From: Yuukianura sp. NJ FZ-2021
Taxonomy: Eukaryota
NCBI GenBank assembly: GCA_046563655.1
Contig: CM102286.1
Span: 2,666,001-2,730,000, forward strand
Direction: 5' to 3'
DNA length: 64,000 nt
The notes beneath the pieces were generated by a model, which saw only the letters and a list, made by a program, of their open reading frames with translations, did not search any database and was not told where the DNA came from. Of this stretch, positions 22,800-32,500 are shown piece after piece (the first letter of the stretch is position 1; each line of letters opens with the position of its first letter). The position numbers and the translations under genes are program-made.

Positions 22800-24908
22800 A
22801 TGGTTGCCCCAGATTTGTTTGGAGAAGTGTCGGTCAATGGCTTCCGCGGAAGCGCCAAATTCCGAATTTGGCAGCGATCGTCCACAATTTCGCCCCGAGT
22901 GGCTCAAGGACTGCCTACATTCATGCATAGGGATGGACGTGGAAACAATCGTCTTGCTGTTAACGTGGATTTGGTCTTGGGATCCAACTTGTTTAAAAAA
23001 ACATGGCGGCTCTATGTCTATGAGAATGACCAATCCTCAGAAGGATATTACGGAAGTAAGTTTTCAAAAATTTTGGATTCCAATGCATTTTTTCGTCTAA
23101 ACGAGATTGAAATTTCAATTTTCAAAAAATTTCGTAGGCGATTCTGGTTCTGAACATGATTCTGAAGTCGTTTTTGGAGCTGACTTCCGGAACTTCTTCA
23201 AAACATATCTGAAACGAAAAGAATCGATCATTTGCTCTCCAAGATTTGGCGAAATCCAATGCGCTTCGGAACCAGAGTGGAAGTTTGATTTAGGTAATTC
23301 TCAATTTTCAAAATTTTGAATTTTATATGTCTGAAATTTTGAAATTCTGTCTATCTTTGAGCAGACGAAAGGGTGATTTTATTGGTGGACATGGACTGCT
23401 TTGCTGTCCAAGTCTATGGTGACCCCGATGATGTTGGACAACCAAGAGCTGTTTTCAACGGACCAGTGTAAGTACTTTCAAAATTTAAGTCATTTTAAAT
23501 CCGAATGGGTGTTTCTAATCTCGTTTTTTTTTTTACATCAAATTTTATGCTTTTCGGAAAACTCGAATGTAACTTCTAATTTGTCACTTTTTCTAGAATT
23601 GAATCTGTCAGCTACGAAGCGAAGCAAGCCGGGGTCAAACGGCGCATGACACGAGAACAGGCTCGGCGGGCATGTCCCAATCTAATTGAAATTGAAAATC
23701 CAAAGAGAAGAAATGGCCGTCCAGACAAAATCCCTGGAATGACTGCGACAGCAAATATCAAAAAGTCCATTTTGAAAATTCTGAATCAATATGGAGACTT
23801 GTCCACTTTTGAATTTGCCTCAAAAGACGAATTCTACATCGACTTGACTGAAGTCATCAACAAGCAGGAATACCGTGGAACTAGAAGTAACCTTCGCGGT
23901 ATGATTCCAGGCGGGAATGACTTTTGGTCATCCGTGTACATATACGGAAGTCGCACGGTTGGACATTCCAGGAAACCGACGTACTTGTTTCATCGACTTC
24001 CCTATCTTCGTAGAAAGTCCGGAGCGTATACGGAATTTGAACGTCAAGAGATTCGACTTCTTTATGGCACTTGGATTGGCAGTCAAATTGTGAACAACAT
24101 TCTAGAGGATACTGGCTATCAAGCGTCAATTGGAGTCGGGTCAAACAAGGTCACGGCCAAAATTGCCTCAGATACGCACAAGCCTGGATCAATCACTGTT
24201 TTCCCGCCAGCAAGTTACGATTCAGTTGCGGAATTCATTGACTTTCAAAAAGTACCAGGATTTTCAGCTAACTTGGGTGACACTGTTCGAAATGAATTTG
24301 GAACCGAAACGATTCAAGATCTTCAGTACATAAAAGTTCATCGACTGGTGAATTTGAATTTGCGCGGGAGTAATGGCAATAGAGAATATCTAGAAGGCGT
24401 ACTCCAAGGAGCTCATTTCATATGTGACGAAGAGGTCGAGCCAATTGATGGATTCAAAACAGCATCTAGCAACAGAAATTTCAAATACGGTCAGCAGTAT
24501 ATCAATATTTTAAAAATTCAAGTTTTGTCTTAAATCGAATTCGCATTTTGAAAATGTTTTTAATTTTCAGGTGAAGTATCTCAGCAATACGTTTTTGAAG
24601 AAATGCTGCGGGAACAGTACGAGGAAATGCTGGAACGCCTTCGGTTTGAACACAGAGTTAATGGACGTCTTCCATACTCAATCAAGTTGGCGGTAAAACT
24701 GAATCGGCACAATGGCGGAACTTCAACAAAATCGTTCAAAATTTCTGGATCTCCAATATCTGCTGGGCTCTTGACAATGAGATTTTTGAAAAATGCTTTC
24801 ATAGGCGAAAACAATCGGGCAAAATATCGCGATTCGATTCTTCCTTGGGATGAAAACATATTCTCAGGAGTGAGTAATATCGGCCTAGTTGCAAATTTTG
24901 CACAATAG
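22800..24908 (+). CDS. Divergent Y-family DNA polymerase eta-like protein A with N-terminal extension (exons 22800-23055, 23138-23293, 23365-23467, 23597-24489, 24571-24908)
   Basis: ERVILLVDMDCFAVQV, SYEAK..GVKRRM..ARRACP, SKDEFYIDLT, TGYQASIGVGSNKVTAKIAS..HKP align with Pol eta motifs I-V; all introns GT-AG and in frame. Confidence 0.88.
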
Positions 24909-25933
24909 AAAATTCCTATTAGGAATCAAGACTGATTTAAACAAAATAGCATAACTAATCGGCAGCTTAGGTTAGTTAATACAGAATATATAAAATTAGA
25001 ATATATAAAATTAGTTTTTTGTTGTTAACTAATCTTAAGCAGTAGTTACACTCTCAGCAGTGAAATTATTTATGATCAATGTTACGTTATTAGTTTAACT
25101 TAACATATTTATATATTACGATCATATTAATTTAAAACACAAAATATACAACTTATTTTGGTACATTGATGTAAAAGAAACTTTTACATATTAAAGTTCA
25201 ACAATACACTCACTCAGATCTTCTCGGAGAAAATTCCATAAAACTTTAATTTTTAGTTGAATTAAAACTTAGTTTCGAAAACTCAGAAATCGTATAAAGT
25301 AAATGCTGCTTCTGTGAACCCAAAATCTAATTTCTTGAAAGTGTATTTAAGTTTTCCATGCATTTAAGGCTTCAGTTCGTTTATAATTTTCTCTTTCATT
25401 TGATTCTTTACCAGAAACATTACTGGACTAGCAGTGGAGAAGTAACGAAAGATTTGAAGATCTTATCATTCAATAGTGTTTCGTGTTTTGTAAGAAAAAA
25501 TGTAAAATTCTTCAACAAGTTTTACTACTACAACGCTACTTTATGAAGGAATGGGCAAAAAGCCATAAAATTTGCTACGCCTCTGCCTTATGACCTCGAT
25601 GAACAAGATTATTCCCCCCTCAAATGCGTATGTTTTAGTAGGTTACGCATGTTATACTGTGTATATTGTAGCTAAGAAACTAAAAACTTCACAGAGTGTG
25701 TTTCCCCAAGGTTATTAGTCGCAAAACGTTTTTGGTTTACACACATTATACACGTCAGAGCTTTTGAGCTCCAGTCAACCACAACATCTTTTATAAATGT
25801 TAAAGCTGTTCTATCTCTGATTCTAGCATGGGACTTTCACACAACAAGCTCCAGTCTTTAGTTTGACTACAGTCTTGGTAGTGCCTGCGAATTAATAAGT
25901 TAAAATCCCTGATTTTTTTTAGAAAGTTGTAAT

Positions 25934-28075
25934 ATGGCTACTGAAGATCTTTTTGGAGAAGTAATTGTTAATGGGTTTCGTGGAAGTGCGAATTTTCAAA
26001 TGTCTCAACGATTTTCCACGATCTCTTCACGCTTAGCTCAAGGAATGGAAAGGTTCATGTATCATAATGGAAGAATTAGTGCTCCGGCTGTTAGTGTCCC
26101 TTTGATTTTAGGTTCCAATTTATATAAAATCAATTGGACAATATACATCTGCGACGGCGAGCGCGATGATTACAGTAAGTTTTGATTCATGTTTCTAACA
26201 ATTTAGGGCCAATTATTTCAGTTTTACCGTAAAACTTCTGATTACAGCCGCGGGCGCTTATTAAAGATTGGCGTTTATTAGAAATTTTACGGTAAATGCA
26301 ATTACCTAATTCAATAATTTTGTTTTGTTTCAGACACTTCTGAAGTTGTTTTTGGAAATGACTTCCGCAGATATTTTCAGTCAAACTTTGCGGAACCGTT
26401 TCCTACCATTGCGGCCCCCGCATTTGGTGAAATTCATTGTCAGTGCACTTTTGAAACAAAATGGAACTTTGCCTTAGGTATTTAGTAATTAATACAAGTT
26501 AATGTAAAAGTAATTAAAGTTTAAGCATTTGAGTTTTGAACATGTGTCTAAAAGTTGAAATTTTGAACAGATGACAGGGTAATTTTACTAGTGGATATGG
26601 ACTGCTTTGCTGTGCAAGTATACGGGAGTCCAGATGATGCTGGAAAACCGAGGGCGGTATTCAGTGGACCAGTGTAAGTAGCATATCAAAAAAAATTCTG
26701 AATTTCAATTTTGCCGTTTTCATAAAATTTTAACCGGTTGATGGGGGATACCGTCTTTTTTAGAATCGAGTCGCTTAGTTACGAAGCGAAGAATAGAGGG
26801 GTCGACCGATGTATGACAGAGGAGCAAGCGTTAAGGGAATGCCCAGAACTTATTATAATCGAAAATCCTGAAAGAAAAAACGGATGTCCAGATAGAATTC
26901 CAGGAATGATGGCGACCGCGAAAATCAAAAAAGCCATATTGGAAGTTGTACACCGATACCGCGGTACGGCCATTTTCGAATTTTCGTCGAAAGACGAATT
27001 TTACATTGATGTGACGCAAGCCGTTGACGACCAGGAAAATGGCACAGGAGATGACCTTCATCTCATGATTCCAGACGGGAACCATTTTTGGCCATCGGTC
27101 TACTTGTACGGAAGTGGCACCACGGGCAAATCAATGCAACCGACATATTTGTTCCGACGGCTACAATTTCTTCTCAGGAAACGTTCTTTGTACTATTCGG
27201 AGTTTGAGCGACAAGAAGTTCGGCTGCTGTACGGAACTTGGATTGCAAGTCGAATTGTGGAAAATATTTTAAAGAGAACTGGATACCAAGCCTCGATTGG
27301 AGTTGGATCAAATAAGGTCACGGCCAAAATTGCTACCGGAGTACACAAGCCGGGGTCCATCACTGTTTTCCCGCCTTCCAGTTACGATCAAGTTTCAAAA
27401 TTTATTAAGTTTGAAAATATGCCTGGATTTTCAGCCAATTTGGGTGACAATGTTCGTGAAAACTTTGGAATCACGACCATTGAAGACCTCCAGCGCGTTA
27501 CAGTTGGAAGAATTTTGAATTTAAACTTGCGCGGAAACAACGGAAATCCAAACTATATAAAGAAAGTGCTCAACGGATGTCACTTTATATGTGACGATGT
27601 GGTGAAGCCGATCAACGGTCCTAAAACAACAACCTGCACACGAAGATTTCGTTGGGGTAAGCGTCAATTCAATAATAAATCTAAAATTTCGACGTGTGTT
27701 ACTATAAACGACCAAAGTTTTTAAATATTTTTTCAAGGTGAAGTATCTCAGTACCACGAACTTGAGAAAATGCTGGACGAGCAGTACGAGGAAATGCTGG
27801 AACGACTCTGGTTTGAACTGCGAAATAATAAACGTCGTCCGTTTTCAATCAAACTTGAAGTAGACTTTAGTGAACGAAAAGGCGGAAGTTTAACCAAATC
27901 ACTCAAAGTCACTGGATCTCCACTGCCTCGTCAAATACTAAACGTGGCTGCTTTAAAAAATGCTTTCATAGCAATAAACAATAAACTAAACATCAGCGAT
28001 TCAGTTCTTCGCTGGAATAGAGGTGCTTACGGTGGTGTTAACAGTATCACCATAACTTCAAATTTCCAAAAATAA
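25934..28075 (+). CDS. Divergent Y-family DNA polymerase eta-like protein B, tandem paralog (exons 25934-26174, 26334-26477, 26571-26673, 26764-27656, 27738-28075)
   Basis: Same five-exon structure as A; DRVILLVDMDCFAVQV, SYEAK..GVDRCM, SKDEFYIDVT, TGYQASIGVGSNKVTAKIATGVHKP. Confidence 0.88.
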
Positions 28076-28376
28076 TCGTAAACTAAAGGATTTAACTAAT
28101 CTAACTTTTTCCAAAACGCCTGATAATAATCGAATTGTCCACACCATAAATTAGCTCAGTCAGTGCAATTTAGTAAAAAAACCAAATTCGATGAAATGAA
28201 ATTAACGATAAATTCTTAAGCAATACATTGATGTTGAAAAGTAGTTAACAGTATAGTGAGTATTGAAATTGTTTATGATGTTGCATAAGTTCAAGTTAAA
28301 ATGTTTAGGTCAAACTTAAATTATTATAAATTAATATTAGGATATGTTTGACTTTGAGTCTAAAGCAAGTTGAAGA

Positions 28377-29568
28377 TTAAACATTTCTTTCTTCATGTCC
28401 ATCAGTGTGGTCAGTTCCTGCGCAAGTTCCACAGTAAATGACATTGCATCCATCACAACCATCTCCACCACCACCCCCACCTTCACAACTCCCTCCACCA
28501 ATTATCATCAGTATGAACAGCACAATCATAAACACTACTGTGACGATCAAGAAGATAGACAGAGCAGCAGCAACATAATTTTCTGGACGAAATTGACAGC
28601 ATTCTCCGGACATAATCGCTTGCGTGTAAATGGCAAGGCAGGTCGATAGTCCTAAACTTGCTAAAGCACAAATGACCACGACTTCCGCTTCTTCCGGTGG
28701 AAATGCATAGTAGAGCAGAAGCGATATCAGCGCCACTGTGGTCAACACTATCAGCAAGTGGCCGTACCATTTGAGATCAAATTTGGACTGGACGCTTGAG
28801 TACAGGAGTACCACGGCGCATGGGCAGAGTAAAATTCCAAAGGCGTAGACGACATGGTTCTGCCTATTGATAAAAACACATCTTAAGACAGTGCTCTGAG
28901 ATTTCAAAAATTACTTTTTGTGTAAAGGTCAAAGGTCATTGAACTTACTCTGACAAAGTAGCCAGAACTGCCACGCCAAATCCAAATGTTAGAGTGAACA
29001 ATCCCAGAAGAATTAAATTGGCGGGAAATATTTTCATAAGTGGTTTGTTGCAGAACAGAATGAGAAAAATTACAAACGAAAATACAAAAGCAACCGCCAA
29101 AAATACAGACCAGCCTTCTTGAATAACGCATCTTATCGAAGTGATGAAATTTGTTAGCACGATGAGAATTAGAGTTGTGAGTACTTGAGCCGTAAATATT
29201 CCGTAAATTTTTCTGCAACAAAAGATTTACCAAATTAAATTTCCAGTATTTAAAATTATTCGAAAATTTTTGATTCCTCCGGATTCCTCCAAAATGTAGA
29301 AATCCAAAAAAGTTAAAAGAGAAATTTCAAAATTTTGTCAACTCAATCTCTTCTTAACGCGTTAAATTTTTGCAAAACACGCTTACCTAAGGAATCCAAG
29401 GCGAATTGAGGCGTCACTAAAATTTGGTTGTGCAGGTAGTGATAAATGTGCTTGGACACTTGTTGCACTTTGACCTCTGTTGTAAATTGCACTGAAATCG
29501 TCATTTTCATCTGGCAGGATTGAAGTTTTAAAAGTGCTGTTTGTATTGCCGTTCATTTTGGAGCTCAT
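28377..29568 (-). CDS. Lifeguard / Bax inhibitor-1 (TMBIM) family membrane protein, divergent (exons 29568-29387, 29212-28949, 28863-28377)
   Basis: FSDASIRLGFLR|KIYGIFTAQV, FPANLILLGLFTL, QSKFD, PENYVAAALSIF and multiple hydrophobic helices match Lifeguard proteins. Confidence 0.85.
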
Positions 29569-32500
29569 TTGACTCAATAATTATCACTGTCGAGTCTTAA
29601 TCATTCAAAAGCGAATAAACCTCTGCATTGCACAAAATAAACAAACAGGATTTGAAACCACAAGACCAAAACAGAATACCCTGTTGAGTCATGACGCAAA
29701 TTCCACGAAAGTTTTCTACTAGGATAACAGTATCTAACGGTAAAACATTATAGAAGCTGGAACCTATATTGGCGTATAGGGTATGTTATTGTGGCCTTGG
29801 AAAACAAGTTCTGCTTTTTCTTTCAAATCGACATGCTATTGGTAATAATGACTTTCAGAAAAGTTTCATGTTCGCGTTTAGCAAAAATCAAATCGTAACT
29901 AACTGTCAATTGCAACAAGGAATTCTTAGAAATGGCTTTGCCATGGCAATTTTTTTTCTAATTATTGGAAAAATGAATTCTGAGAAGTTTTTTTTTGACG
30001 TTTCAGCATTTGACCTAAAGGTCAAAATTTATTTGTGGTAAACATTTCAAGGTCAATTGGTTTGGAAGCGTTAAGGTCATGGAGCCAGACTACTTGGGGC
30101 TCTGAAGTAGTCTGGATCCTAACCATGTTAAAACGGAAAATCACATCAAGATAGCATTTTTCAAAACTGGCAGTTGCACAAGAGTCATTCCGAAATACAA
30201 TATGTTTCTAATCGTACTGATCCTAATAATATAATATATTTATAATAAGTTTGTATAATTATATTATATCAATATTACTCAAATTTATCTCAGGTTGGCT
30301 TTAAAATTGCATTATAATTTCATAATTCATGCACCCCTTCTTCACTTCCATGACTTTGATGAAGAACAACTTCTAAAGATAGCGTTTGGACTAAATCTAT
30401 GTTTGACTGCTTTTCAAAAATCCATTGAGTAACTTTCAAAGTACTAAGTATTTGAAAAGAGTATTAATAAGTTAAAACAAGGTGGATGTAAACTTCTAAA
30501 CTTTAGATTTTTGAACATTTCTCTAGCTTAAACAAATATTAACCAACAAAATTTATCACACGATTCGGAGATGATTATTTTTGGTTCTGGTTTTTGAACA
30601 ATTCAATTGTTCTTAAATGTTATAATTTTCTACTCCAAATTTAAATTCTGTTTTTATGCACCCTGTTTTCCCCGATTTACTAACACCGATTTAAATTCAA
30701 TTTAAGTATCACAAATAATAAAATGGCCATTAAAATTATCGCATCATTACTTTTTGGGTTTGAATTTGTTAATTTTATAATATTAATATTACGATAGTTT
30801 TTATAATCTTATAATAATTTAGAAGATGATACATATACAGCAGTTTTAGAATCTTCCAAACATATAACTTTCCCGGCCGAATCACATACTCAACTTTCTC
30901 CTCAATTCAGAATTTGGCAATTTTTGAAAAACATTTTTCCCCCCAACAATGTTACACTTTACGAAAATTAAAAACTTGCACCTTGGTTTCCGTTTGGTGA
31001 TATTTCCTCAACAGGCTGAAGCAATTTTTTTATATCCTAGGTTATGAAAATTTAAGATTTTACAAATTTGATGAGATAAGTCTGGTGTTGCACATTTTGC
31101 TCCAAATTTCAAATTTTCAAAAATTGTGCTTATGATTGATTATATGATTAATGTAAAACTAGTAATGAACAATGGTACAAATCTTGTTCAATTTGTGACA
31201 TTTCTAGTGAAAATTGTTTTTTTGAAATTTGGAAGTTACGCAACAACGAAGCTCCTGATTAGGTTAGGTATGTTTTCTTGTTAGCCGTTTCATTTTTTTT
31301 TCTCCGCTGGCTGTCATAGCTTGTCGGAAGTAGTAAATGAATCATCCAAAAGTTTGAGGGTGGACGTTGTAGGCGTCACTCTGCGTGCTTTTGTTGTAAG
31401 AACTTCAATTTAGCCTCCTCCCTGCAATTAGGTTCAGACAAAAAAGAACAATGAAATTATAGTTCCCCATGGACTGTACTCTAATAAGTGAGATTCAGTT
31501 TCAGTTTTTTTGGGCGGGATTCGTTTTTTTTCAAAAGATCTGACAAAAAAAAACCTAACAAAAAAGAGAAGAAGCGGTTGAAAAGGAAAGTGAAAGTCCA
31601 GAAGTCGGATGCTTTCTCTCTCCATATCGCTTTTCCATGTTCCTCACAAGCCACTTACGGAAGTGGACTTCATCTTTTTTTGAAGGAAGTTTGAAACATA
31701 GTACTAGACCAACGTAACATCCATCTCCATCATCTCTTCTTTTTCCCGCTCTTTTCAAATTAACATGCATCACACGAATGGGGTTAGCCCGCTCCGTGCC
31801 CGGAAGGTAATGGATTAGATGCCAAAGGGAGCGGATTTTGGTTTGAAAAAGGCGCCTAAGCCTTTGGTCCGGGCAACCGAATAATCGATCCATGCTGACT
31901 ATGTTGTGCCTATTATGTTTTGCTGACTATGTTACGTTATGTTCTAGGTTTAGTATGATTCAGAAGGCGATGAACCACTAAAATGGAATCAACATCTCTT
32001 CCATGACTTTATGCCACTTTCGGAAGCAATAAAAAAGAGACACAGTTGGGTTAATGAGTTTCATTTTACACAATACAGACTTTCCAAGTTCCCGCGCTTT
32101 TGAAATTGCCTCAGCTGCGGCTTGTAATAACTTTGTTGGAAATGAAATGTAGTGTGACGGTTTTTACACCTTTGAGAACAAATGTAAACGACTAAAGTTT
32201 TACACCTCTTTGTACAAGCTACTTTGAAAAGAAATCGAGCGGCTTCTGCCAGGGCGTGTTTTGTAGTCGCTTTCACAGTGGAAAGTAATCATGCTAAACT
32301 TTCGAATTAGGTTAATTAGAGACAGAAAATTTGACAAGTTTCATCAAAAACGGAAGTTTTCTGCCCACCCCTATGGAGAAGTAAAACGCGTTTGACAGCT
32401 TCCAAACAAAAATTGCCAGAATTAATCACATCAAAAACGCGTTTTTTCTATAAACAGCCCTACGGAAGCGAATTTTGTATGTTTTAATGCTGGTGTACAT

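Noticed and set aside
22800..28075. Bacterial dinB/umuC horizontal transfer or a prokaryotic mutagenesis cassette
   Set aside because: Genes have spliceosomal introns and Pol eta-type features (DMDCF, long palm insertion, TGYQAS); no imuA/dnaE2/lexA-like neighbours.
31320..31425. Candidate terminal exon on the minus strand (EEAKLKFLQQKHAE*)
   Set aside because: Too short, and no upstream exon could be linked to it.
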